IMG/VR virus record: IMGVR_UViG_3300030613_000001
Span: 1 to 63,520 of that record
Origin: a virus
Strand: one strand, 5' to 3'
Length of the DNA: 63,520 nt
The translations under genes and the position numbers were made by a program. Below, one piece after another: positions 6,226-14,057 of the stretch. Each line of letters starts with the position of its first letter. Positions within the stretch are counted from its first letter, which is position 1. A model generated the notes under the pieces. The model saw nothing but the letters and a program-made list of their open reading frames with translations, was not told the DNA's origin and made no database searches.

Positions 6226-8864
6226 CACACCGCCCTCAACCCGATCCCGAGCATACCGGGCTTGCGTCCCATGTCCTCCGGCAGCCGGCCCTTCTTCACC
6301 GCCGGCAGGTAGTTCAGGACGCTGTGATAGAACTTGATCTTCCCCAGGCCCTGCAGCCCCGACTTCTCCGCCCAGGCTCGGTAGTTTTCAAACAACGTCT
6401 CAGCCGCCGCCTTATTGTCCGGCCCCAACTCACAGTTTTCGCTAACCCACATTAAAAACGGGTTCATCTCCTGAAGGAATCGCTGCTTGTCCTCTTCCAG
6501 TGTGTCCGTTTCCGCAAATCCCCGGCGCCGTATCAGCTCGCATGCCCCCTCCAGCATCCATAGAAAAATGCCGGCGCGTTCCTCTTGCAGCTTGGCCACC
6601 AGGTCCACGTCCCGCCGGTCCCCCTCGAAACGCTGGTTGAAATTCAGGATCAGGATCTTGCGCACGAACCCGTAGGACTTATCCACGATCGAGGGCACCT
6701 CGTTCAGCGCAAAACAGAACTTTGCCGTCGGGTAGAAGTCGATCCGTTGCTTGTACTTCCACTCCCCGCTCACCATGTCGCCCGAAATGCACTTCTTCAG
6801 CACGGATACCGCACTCGGCTCCCGCGTAGTCATCTCCGAGCACGTCACCAGCAGCTTGTCCTGCAGGTATGGTATGTTGAAACTCCGCGCCAGGTCGTCC
6901 AGGCTCATTTCAATGGTGTTCTCTTTTCCCAAAACCTGGATAAATGTGTTAATCACCGTGCTCTTGCCGTTCGCACCCGCCCCCACCAGGAACGCCGCCC
7001 GCTCGTACTTGCACGTCGGCAGCAGCAGATACCCGCCGTATTGCTGCAGCAGCTCCAGCTTGTCGTCGCCGGCGCAGTTTTTTCCGGTTTCCGCACACTC
7101 GCGTCCCTCGGGAAACATCTCCCATAGGGTCTTTGTCCACTTGTTGCACATTGCGTCGGGATCGAACTCCACCGGCAGCTGTGCCCGGCATCCATAAGCC
7201 GGATCGTGCGGCTTCAGGAGCTTGCCTATATCGATTTCCTCGCGCGGCGCGAACACCAACTGCTCAAGGTCGACCACGCCGTTCTTCAGGTTGATGATAT
7301 ACGGCCACCGCGCCCACTCGCTTTCTTCCCGGTTCACCATTGCGCTTAAGACCTGGCGGCTGCTCTTGATCCAATCAGCCTGAACCCGGTCCTTCATGGC
7401 CTGCACCACCATCTGATCGATTTTACTGTCCTTGTACCGCTTCCAGCACCCGTCCTGATACCGCCAGAACCCACCGTCCGTGCACACTATGGGCGCCAGG
7501 TACGCCGCCAGGTAGTTCGCCATGGTTTGCACCACGAACGCCGGCCTTCCGTGGTTGCCGCGCACCGTGAAAAACTCCATGGGATCGATGTCGAGCGGGC
7601 TCGGCAGTTCGGGCGCCCCCACCTCCACGCGCTCCGGCGTGATCGTCAACCCCTCCAGAACCCCGCTTCCGCACGTCTCCGGCGGCTTCCAGTTCGGGTC
7701 GTAGCCGGTCATGAACTTGATCAGCTTCTCGTCGCCCGAAATAACTTTCCGCGCATCGGCAAACGTCTTCCCGCGGCAACTGTTGTGCGAGCAGTGGTAT
7801 GATAGCTTGCCGTTGCTGTCCTGCAGGACCGCCGCGTCCTTCGCCTTGTGATCCGGGTTGAAGACGCACTCGGCAAGGTTGAAGCGCGTCATCACCCCCT
7901 GGTCGTCGACGCTGTGCACCGTGCGCCCGAACGCGGAAAGATACTCCTCGACCTTCAGCTTCCCCAGGTCGGGCGCCGGGTTCATGCGCTCGGCGGTTTT
8001 CCCCGTCGGACTCCCCCGCTTCGCCGGCACCCCCGTTTTACCTGATGTTGTGGGAGCGGCATCCTGCCGCGATTTTTTTTCAGCCGCCGGCGCCAGCGCC
8101 GCAAGCTGCTCCACCAACTCGATCGGCGTCACCGGCACCTGGTCGAACGTTTCCGGCGTATCCCCGAAAAGCTGGCTGCGCCGGTGCGGCCGGCTCTTGG
8201 TGGAGTCCCCCTTCCGCGCCAGGGTGGAGTAAAGCTTCCAGATCCTGGCCGGGTTGAACACCGACAAATCCACCTTCACCTTGTCGGTCGAAACCTTAGC
8301 CGCCACCGCCGCGAGGCAGCGCTTTACGATCGGGTCCCGCCGGTACTCCTCCGTGCAGGGGATGTCCGCGATCCGGTAGCACAGGTGATAGCCGTTACCG
8401 GAGAGCGCCTTGACCGGGGCCGCCCACCCCAGCCCGCGCAGGAACTCTGCCGCCGCCTTGGCCGCCTCGCCGGCAAGCGTCAGCTCCTCATCGGTCGCGG
8501 ACACCCCGGCCATCCGCTCCGGATCGAAGTCGAGCAGCAGCCAGCGCACCGCCCGGATATGCTGGTCGCTCGTCTGCGGCCGCTTCTTACTCGCCGTCAC
8601 CAGGTGGTTCGCGGCCTTGGAGATCGATTCCGGGTCCACCACGTTCGGCACGAAATAGACGCCGGCGGCCTCCGCCTTGTCGAGGGCTGCTGCCGCCCGG
8701 CCGAAGTCCTCGGCATTGTCGAAATAGCCGAAGACTACCGCGTCGTCGCCCTTGGCGAATCCATTCCAGGCTTGAGATCGGCCCGAAAGCCCCAGGGCCC
8801 GGATCTCCGTCACCTCGCCCGGACGGAAGAAGAGTCGATATACCTGCTCGGGAGTGCTCGGCAT
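6225..8864 (-). CDS. Bifunctional prim-pol (AEP) primase fused to an SF3 (P4/D5-type) helicase, 879 aa
   Basis: N-terminus has LLLDFDPER and SGNGYHLCYR (prim-pol motifs). C-terminus has the Walker A motif VGAGANGKST and D5/P4-type C-terminal region. Carries an in-frame REP-like insert (KKSRQDAAPT) in the interdomain linker. Confidence 0.9.
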   Translation of the reverse strand: MPSTPEQVYRLFFRPGEVTEIRALGLSGRSQAWNGFAKGDDAVVFGYFDNAEDFGRAAAALDKAEAAGVYFVPNVVDPESISKAANHLVTASKKRPQTSDQHIRAVRWLLLDFDPERMAGVSATDEELTLAGEAAKAAAEFLRGLGWAAPVKALSGNGYHLCYRIADIPCTEEYRRDPIVKRCLAAVAAKVSTDKVKVDLSVFNPARIWKLYSTLARKGDSTKSRPHRRSQLFGDTPETFDQVPVTPIELVEQLAALAPAAEKKSRQDAAPTTSGKTGVPAKRGSPTGKTAERMNPAPDLGKLKVEEYLSAFGRTVHSVDDQGVMTRFNLAECVFNPDHKAKDAAVLQDSNGKLSYHCSHNSCRGKTFADARKVISGDEKLIKFMTGYDPNWKPPETCGSGVLEGLTITPERVEVGAPELPSPLDIDPMEFFTVRGNHGRPAFVVQTMANYLAAYLAPIVCTDGGFWRYQDGCWKRYKDSKIDQMVVQAMKDRVQADWIKSSRQVLSAMVNREESEWARWPYIINLKNGVVDLEQLVFAPREEIDIGKLLKPHDPAYGCRAQLPVEFDPDAMCNKWTKTLWEMFPEGRECAETGKNCAGDDKLELLQQYGGYLLLPTCKYERAAFLVGAGANGKSTVINTFIQVLGKENTIEMSLDDLARSFNIPYLQDKLLVTCSEMTTREPSAVSVLKKCISGDMVSGEWKYKQRIDFYPTAKFCFALNEVPSIVDKSYGFVRKILILNFNQRFEGDRRDVDLVAKLQEERAGIFLWMLEGACELIRRRGFAETDTLEEDKQRFLQEMNPFLMWVSENCELGPDNKAAAETLFENYRAWAEKSGLQGLGKIKFYHSVLNYLPAVKKGRLPEDMGRKPGMLGIGLRAV
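8050..8073 (+). repeat. REP-like palindromic element, copy 1 (A/T-swapped stem)
   Basis: GTGGGAGCGGCATCCTGCCGCGAT; in frame in the primase linker (SRQDAAPT). Confidence 0.9.
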
Positions 8865-9487
8865 TATTTTTCAGGTGGCGGGGCGGCGGGGCCGGCGGCC
8901 GCCGGCCGTGGTTCATCCGGCAGCTTCAGCGTCCCGAAATTATCCTCATGATAACGAACGGCCCTGGCCACCAGATAAAACACCTGCTCCTCCAACCCAC
9001 GGTACTGCGACAGCGCCAAAAGCTTCAGCTTTCCGTAAAGCATCGGCACCCCGGCAAACACCTGGTCAAGCGCCCGGGCCGGCGGAACCGTCTCGCCGGC
9101 AAACGGCAACCGCCGCTGCGCTTCACCCGCGGGAGCGGCTTCCAGCCGCGATTCTTTTGCGGGAACGGCATCCTGCCGCGATTCTTCCGCCGCCTTGATC
9201 TTCTTAACGGCGGTGTAAATCGTGTTGATATTCCTGCCCATCTTCTGCGCCAGGGCGACAGTGGTCATCCGGTCGCGCATACCCTGCCGCACGATCGCCA
9301 TTTCCTCTTCGCTCATTTTCTTCCAGCGGCCCATGCCCCCTCCGGTAATATTCGTCTGATCGATCGGCACATTCTCACTCATCGGCCCCAGCCCGTGCAC
9401 ATATGCCACCCGCTTCGCGCACCGAACACACGTCGAATTGTTCTTGTCCGCCAGCTCATGCCGGCATCCGAGGCACGGGCTTTTCAT
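8864..9487 (-). CDS. Cys4 zinc-ribbon plus HTH DNA-binding protein (207 aa)
   Basis: N-terminus CLGC-x12-CVRC; HTH-like TTVALAQKMGRNINTIYTAVKK; two tandem in-frame REP-like inserts (EESRQDAVPAKESRLEAAPA). Confidence 0.7.
   Translation of the reverse strand: MKSPCLGCRHELADKNNSTCVRCAKRVAYVHGLGPMSENVPIDQTNITGGGMGRWKKMSEEEMAIVRQGMRDRMTTVALAQKMGRNINTIYTAVKKIKAAEESRQDAVPAKESRLEAAPAGEAQRRLPFAGETVPPARALDQVFAGVPMLYGKLKLLALSQYRGLEEQVFYLVARAVRYHEDNFGTLKLPDEPRPAAAGPAAPPPEK
9129..9152 (+). repeat. REP-like element, copy 2a
   Basis: GCGGGAGCGGCTTCCAGCCGCGAT; in frame in 8864..9487 (SRLEAAPA). Confidence 0.9.
9159..9182 (+). repeat. REP-like element, copy 2b (A/T-swapped stem), 30 nt from copy 2a
   Basis: GCGGGAACGGCATCCTGCCGCGAT; in frame (SRQDAVPA). 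Confidence 0.85.
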
Positions 9488-10272
9488 CAGACGACGAATC
9501 CATCATGTCTCAACAGCGTGACGGCTCCTGCCAGCATCCATAGAAACACGCCGTCTTTCTCGGCGGTAAGCTTCTCCAGCAAATCGGGATCGCGGTAACT
9601 GGCTGTGAATTGATGTGTAAATGGGATGATCAGCAGCCTGTCCATCAGCCCGTGCGCGAGCTCGTACCGCATCTCCATATTTATGTTCTGGCAGAAAATG
9701 GGCTTGCACGTGGGCTTGAAAGCGATCACCTCCCGTTTATACTTCCACCAGCCCTCCACAATGTCGCCGGCGATTATCGACTTCAATACGGCAACCGCGC
9801 GCTTGCTCCGGGGATTTAGATCACTGAAGGACAGTAACCTTTTGCCTTGCAAGGCAGGCGTGCTGAAAGCACTCTGCAAGTCGTCCATCACAGCAATCTC
9901 CGCCACAAGCGCGGACCCAAGAATCCTCCAAAGCAGTTGAACGAAAACGCTCTTTCCGTTGGCGCCGGCGCCTTGCAGAATGCACGCGCGGTTGTATCTA
10001 TTGTCCGGCAGCAGGATATATCCCGCGAACTGCTGCAGCAGATTGGCCTTCCCCCTTTCCATCGGAAATACTTCCTGCAGGTAGGCATTGAAACGCGGGC
10101 ATTTCGCCTCCGGCTGAAACTCGACGTTCAGCGGCGGATCGGACGCATCGCCTGCTCCATGCGGCTCAAAGACAACCGCATCCATAAGATCAGACCCGGC
10201 CGCCGCCAGCTTGCTTATGTTCACAACACCATTTTTTACTCTCACTCTGATATCGCCCTGCTCTTTTTCCAT
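9487..10272 (-). CDS. SF3 helicase / P4-family primase C-terminal domain paralog (261 aa)
   Basis: LQGAGANGKSVF Walker A and flanking sequence parallel the C-terminal half of 6225..8864 (FAGYILLPDNRYNRACILQGAGANGKS versus YGGYLLLPTCKYERAAFLVGAGANGKS). Confidence 0.8.
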   Translation of the reverse strand: MEKEQGDIRVRVKNGVVNISKLAAAGSDLMDAVVFEPHGAGDASDPPLNVEFQPEAKCPRFNAYLQEVFPMERGKANLLQQFAGYILLPDNRYNRACILQGAGANGKSVFVQLLWRILGSALVAEIAVMDDLQSAFSTPALQGKRLLSFSDLNPRSKRAVAVLKSIIAGDIVEGWWKYKREVIAFKPTCKPIFCQNINMEMRYELAHGLMDRLLIIPFTHQFTASYRDPDLLEKLTAEKDGVFLWMLAGAVTLLRHDGFVV

Positions 10273-10312
10273 ATGGCCATCCCTTCATTCGTTTTGAGTC
10301 GTGCAATGAGGT

Positions 10313-10693
10313 TCAAACCACCTTCCTCTTCACCAGCGCAAAGCACATCCCCGAACTCACCACCATCCAGGGAATCCGCCGGCGCGTGTAGTCGACCGCA
10401 AACTGGTAAAGAATCCCCCACTCCTCCGGCGCAATCGCCGGCAGCACGTCGTAAAGCTCCTTCGGCGCAGCCCGCATCAGCGCATCCGACCGGAACCCAG
10501 CCACCGCCTGCCCGGCCGCCGGGCAAATCTGCACCATGCCGGCCTTGCGCCAGTCCTCCCGCAACTGGCATTGCCTGCCGGCCGGGCTCGCACACACCGG
10601 CTTGGCCGTAACCCCCCAGGTCCCCTCGATCGGCGTCAGACAATGCCGGCAACCACCGAAATACAGACACACCTCAAGCGTCCGCGAGGCCAT
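10313..10693 (-). CDS. Hypothetical Cys-rich protein (126 aa)
   Basis: ATG 10693 preceded by GGAGGAAGG; the track ORF starts 6 nt upstream at a GTG. Confidence 0.6.
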   Translation of the reverse strand: MASRTLEVCLYFGGCRHCLTPIEGTWGVTAKPVCASPAGRQCQLREDWRKAGMVQICPAAGQAVAGFRSDALMRAAPKELYDVLPAIAPEEWGILYQFAVDYTRRRIPWMVVSSGMCFALVKRKVV

Positions 10694-10695
10694 GC

Positions 10696-10896
10696 TCACC
10701 TTCCTCCATCCCTGTGCCGCTTCAAATATTCATCGATCTCGCGCACGTCATATCGCACCTGGACCCCCACCTTTTGCCGTGGCATCGGCATATCCTTCAT
10801 GGTCCGCACCGAAATCCCCAGGTAAACCGCCGCCTCTTCCACCGTCAGCAACGGCGTCGTAATGGTCACCCCTTTTCCAATGTCGATCGTCTTCAT
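10696..10896 (-). CDS. Excisionase / AlpA-MerR-like HTH DNA-binding protein (66 aa)
   Basis: LLTVEEAAVYLGISVRTMKDM ... typical of the excisionase-family helix-turn-helix; SD GTGAGGAAA. Confidence 0.7.
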   Translation of the reverse strand: MKTIDIGKGVTITTPLLTVEEAAVYLGISVRTMKDMPMPRQKVGVQVRYDVREIDEYLKRHRDGGR

Positions 10897-11084
10897 GCAA
10901 TTTTCCTCACCGCATAGCGGCTGGTGATCACCCTGAAGCCATCACAAAACTCCACCAGGCACGAATTCTTCTTGCCCCGGGCCAGCACACGGCAGAGCTG
11001 CCCTTTACGCTCCGGCAGCCACTTCCGCCAAAACCACACATGCGTCAAAACGGGAAGAACGATGTCCCTGGCATCTGGCGCCAT
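10893..11084 (-). CDS. Possible small hypothetical protein (63 aa)
   Basis: In-frame ATG at 11084 within track ORF 10893..11249; overlaps the end of the upstream gene by 40 nt; weak support. Confidence 0.3.
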   Translation of the reverse strand: MAPDARDIVLPVLTHVWFWRKWLPERKGQLCRVLARGKKNSCLVEFCDGFRVITSRYAVRKIA

Positions 11085-11917
11085 ACCGGCCCATCCAGCG
11101 TCGGCATTCTCTCGACCCTGCCGTTTACATCCATCTGCTTCAAAAAAAACATTACCTGCGCTGCAACGAATTGATCCCGCAGCTTGCGAATGTGCGCGAT
11201 ATCCGTGGGCCGGCGCCGGGATCCCGACTCGCACCCCACGATGCCCCACTCGATTCCATTTCTCCGGGGGATCACATCAAAGCAGCCTTTCATCGGCTCG
11301 ACCTGCTCCCATAGCCAGTGGTCAACATCAATTTCCCCCAGCAACGGCTCGAAGCACACGAACTTGTGCCCGCCCGGGATCTCCAGCAGCTTCTCGATCC
11401 GCCAAACCTGATCTTTGTCCTCGACCGTCACCCCGATCCACAGATTCTCCGGCAGCGTCGGGCTATCTCCGTACTCCTCCCACTCGAAAAAAGCCTTCAT
11501 TCGCTTGGGCCGCTTGGTGAGCATGAAGAAGGTATGCTCGGGATATTCAGGGTTAGATCCGGTGCACTGCCAGATAATGTTTGAAATCTTAGCCACTTCC
11601 GGGAACGGGATATCGTCATGAAAAAGATCCGTCATGCTCCCCACAAAGATATCCCGATGCTTCCGCCATCGCAGCGGCGCCTCCAGCCGCTCCGGATGCA
11701 GCACGATCTGCGAAAACGGCACGCCCGGGCCGCCATGCAGCGCCGGGAACCTCCGCGTCATCTCCTTGGCCCAGCAGTTCTTGCAAGCCGGCGAGCTCGG
11801 CGTGCAGCCGGTCACAGGATTCCAACTCTCATCCCACCACTGGCCCGGCTTCTTCGCAATTTCGGCCAGGACCTTAGCTACCGCGTTATACTTCGGGAGA
11901 TGTCCCAATTTCGTCAT
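11045..11917 (-). CDS. Phage Gp37/Gp68-family protein (DUF5131-like)
   Basis: N-terminal WNPVTGCTPSSPACKNCWA, then IFVGSMTDLFH, FEPLLGEID and GCESG motifs characteristic of this family. Confidence 0.75.
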   Translation of the reverse strand: MTKLGHLPKYNAVAKVLAEIAKKPGQWWDESWNPVTGCTPSSPACKNCWAKEMTRRFPALHGGPGVPFSQIVLHPERLEAPLRWRKHRDIFVGSMTDLFHDDIPFPEVAKISNIIWQCTGSNPEYPEHTFFMLTKRPKRMKAFFEWEEYGDSPTLPENLWIGVTVEDKDQVWRIEKLLEIPGGHKFVCFEPLLGEIDVDHWLWEQVEPMKGCFDVIPRRNGIEWGIVGCESGSRRRPTDIAHIRKLRDQFVAAQVMFFLKQMDVNGRVERMPTLDGPVWRQMPGTSFFPF

Positions 11918-12104
11918 CGGCCTGATCCTCCATCAGCTCCTCGATCCGCACCCGGGCGGAATTTCGCGGCGCCCGCGCGCCGGCCTCCCATCTCGAAACC
12001 GTGGCCTGATTAACCCCCACGGCCGCGCCAAACTCCGACTGGCTCAGGTGCAGGCGCACCCTCAGCCGCAGCACCCGGTCTGCCATCATGCCGGCGTCGA
12101 TCAT
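11886..12104 (-). CDS. XRE-family HTH transcriptional regulator (72 aa)
   Basis: LRVRLHLSQSEFGAAVGVNQATVSRWEAG is a canonical HTH_3. Start chosen at ATG 12104, just downstream of the stop of the frameshifted gene at 12115. Confidence 0.7.
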   Translation of the reverse strand: MIDAGMMADRVLRLRVRLHLSQSEFGAAVGVNQATVSRWEAGARAPRNSARVRIEELMEDQADDEIGTSPEV

Positions 12105-12114
12105 CAGGCCGCCC

Positions 12115-12380
12115 TCATTGCTTAACCCCGTCGAACGTAAGCGCCTGCTCCGGTATCGGCCCATACTGCTCCTCCCATGCGGCCGTGCAGCGTTCCAGCA
12201 GCCGCTGTAGGCTGCGCGCGTGCATCGGGCTCATGTAGGCCTTCGCCACCGGAACGCAGGGCTCCTTGTCCCCCCCCCCGAACCCGCCACCGGAATCAAC
12301 CGCATAAAGTCGATCACCAGGTCGAACGGCCGCGTGTAAACCAGCACCCTGTTGCTGTAGATCACCGGAACGTCATTCAT
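12115..12380 (-). pseudogene. Gene interrupted at a G10 homopolymer (two reading frames; -1 shift or 11/8 G needed)
   Basis: SD AGGAGGGTGAGGG plus ATG 12380 opens MNDVPVIYSNRVLVYTRPFDLVIDFMRLIPVAGSGGG. After the G10 run (C10 on + strand, 12270..12279), GC3-rich coding continues in the -1 frame: DKEPCVPVAKAYMSPMHARSLQRLLERCTAAWEEQYGPIPEQALTFDGVKQ, stop at 12115. Confidence 0.6.
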
Positions 12381-12948
12381 TTCCCTCACCCTCCTGCGCC
12401 TGGGGGATGTCTGCATTTGTGGGAGCGGCTTCCAGCCGCGATTCTTTTTCGTCAGCCTTGCCCGCCGGCGGCAACGCAGCAATCTTTTCGCCGCCGTAGC
12501 CATATTCGGCCCCGCAATCCTTGCAGAAATACGCCGGCGCCAGCACAATCTGGTCCTTGGCCGCTCCCACCGCCAGACGCGAGACCCGCTGCACGCCATA
12601 GCCGACCGCAAACAGCTCCCCGGCGCCGATAAGCGGCGCGCATACCCGACAGCGTTCGAGCTTGCCGTGGTCCTTCACGAACGCGGGAATGTCCTCGTTT
12701 TCAAGCGCCCGGCCGCAGCAACGGCAGCACATCACCTCGACCATGGTAAGGCTTTCCTGCCTGGTCCGGCCCGACGACACCACGGCCGGCAGCCGGTAGA
12801 TGTTCATCACGCGGTCGAAATACCTTCCACCGCATTCCCCGCACACGACCGGCGTCATGTGCTCCTGCCGGATCGGCGTCGTTCGAATCCCGCCCGAAAC
12901 CGCCGGCTTGTGCTGATTAATGAATTGCTCCTGAAACCTACGTCCCAT
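12373..12948 (-). CDS. Multi-CxxC zinc-finger protein (191 aa)
   Basis: CGECGGRYF, CCRCCGR, CRVC and CKDCG motifs; in-frame REP-like insert near the C-terminus (EKESRLEAAPT). Confidence 0.7.
   Translation of the reverse strand: MGRRFQEQFINQHKPAVSGGIRTTPIRQEHMTPVVCGECGGRYFDRVMNIYRLPAVVSSGRTRQESLTMVEVMCCRCCGRALENEDIPAFVKDHGKLERCRVCAPLIGAGELFAVGYGVQRVSRLAVGAAKDQIVLAPAYFCKDCGAEYGYGGEKIAALPPAGKADEKESRLEAAPTNADIPQAQEGEGNE
12419..12442 (+). repeat. REP-like element, copy 3
   Basis: GTGGGAGCGGCTTCCAGCCGCGAT; in frame near the C-terminus of 12373..12948. Confidence 0.9.
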
Positions 12949-13019
12949 GGTTTCCCGCCTTTCGATCCACCAGGATCATCAGCCCGCAGCCTAACGCCAT
13001 GACCGCAATCCCGATAAAG

Positions 13020-13130
13020 TTAAAAGGTTCGATCGCAAGCTCTTTCCCAGGGCAGGTTTCGCGCCAGCCCGGCCACAAACACCAGCACCGCTTCGACCCG
13101 CGTCACCCACGCAAGCAAACCGTTATCCAT
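13020..13130 (-). CDS. Possible micro-protein (36 aa) with a hydrophobic core
   Basis: ATG 13130 overlaps the stop of the upstream micro-gene (ATGGATAA); below the track size cut-off. Confidence 0.35.
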   Translation of the reverse strand: MDNGLLAWVTRVEAVLVFVAGLARNLPWERACDRTF

Positions 13131-13266
13131 GCTCCACCGGCCTTTCCACTGGGGCAATGTCCGTGCGCACTGCCGCGCCGCTCTTGATGCCCACAAACCA
13201 CGCCATTCCGCCCACACCGATAACGCCCCCGACAAAAATACCGATCAAAAAACCCCACCAGAACAT
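13123..13266 (-). CDS. Small single-pass membrane protein (47 aa)
   Basis: TGAGGAGGTG SD 5 nt before ATG 13266; MFWWGFLIGIFVGGVIGVGGMAWFVGI transmembrane segment; directly downstream of the SLT gene. Confidence 0.55.
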   Translation of the reverse strand: MFWWGFLIGIFVGGVIGVGGMAWFVGIKSGAAVRTDIAPVERPVEHG

Positions 13267-13277
13267 GCCACACCTCC

Positions 13278-13763
13278 TCAAGCCTTCTTGCCCAGCACGT
13301 ACCACTGATACGCGGTCAGCGCCTCGGCCGCCGTCGCGGCACCCGCCGGGGTGTTCCAGTATTTTTTGTAGTAGATCGCCTGCTCCGCCCGATCCGCAGG
13401 GATCCCCCCGGGGAAACGCAGATAATTCGCACGCGCCATTGCCGCCTGGTAAGCCAGGTTGAAAATCATGTCGCGGTCGCCGCCCGGCAGGTTGTCGTCG
13501 GCCTTGACGTTCAACGCCATTATCTTCACGTGCAGATCCGGATGCTGCCGCGCAAGCCAGGCAAGCAGATCGCGCTCGGTCGCGGGCTCCATCTGGAAAA
13601 TCCCCCGCGCCGGGCCCGGCGCCTGCTTGATCCACCGCCCGAGCTGGCTCTCCTGGGCCGCGGTCAGCAGCAGCAGCTCCACCGCATCGGTGGAAAACGG
13701 GATCTCGGGCGTCAGGTACTGCAACGTCTCGGTTATCAACTGCCGAACCTGCTTCGCGTCCAT
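13278..13763 (-). CDS. Lytic transglycosylase (SLT-domain) protein
   Basis: LLLTAAQESQLGRW...ARGIFQMEP matches the catalytic Glu-Ser and GxFQ motifs of SLT/goose-type transglycosylases. Confidence 0.75.
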   Translation of the reverse strand: MDAKQVRQLITETLQYLTPEIPFSTDAVELLLLTAAQESQLGRWIKQAPGPARGIFQMEPATERDLLAWLARQHPDLHVKIMALNVKADDNLPGGDRDMIFNLAYQAAMARANYLRFPGGIPADRAEQAIYYKKYWNTPAGAATAAEALTAYQWYVLGKKA

Positions 13764-13778
13764 AGATGCCCCCCCTGG

Positions 13779-14057
13779 CTAAAGCTTCATCACCGCGTAC
13801 GCTGCCATCATCCGCAGCACCGCCTCGATAATTCCCATGCCTGTGTGACAGTAAAAGTGGGTCACGAACCGCCTCTCAACCTCGACCGGCTGCAAAACAT
13901 ATTCGTGGACAACCGCCTGCCCGTCTATTTCCATCCGATGCTCATAACGCATAGGCTTCCCCTGGATCTCTATCAACTGCCCGTCCAGCGGCCCGCCCAC
14001 AAACAACCACCAGCCATCTTCCAGCTTCGTGCACTCGGCTTCGCGCTCACCGCTCAT
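13779..14057 (-). CDS. Hypothetical protein (92 aa)
   Basis: ATG 14057 overlaps the methyltransferase stop (ATGA coupling). Confidence 0.6.
   Translation of the reverse strand: MSGEREAECTKLEDGWWLFVGGPLDGQLIEIQGKPMRYEHRMEIDGQAVVHEYVLQPVEVERRFVTHFYCHTGMGIIEAVLRMMAAYAVMKL

Noticed and set aside
12875-12900. A GTTCGAATCC string resembling a tRNA T-loop
   Set aside because: The flanking bases cannot form a T-stem or acceptor stem, and the site lies inside the coding sequence of 12373..12948.
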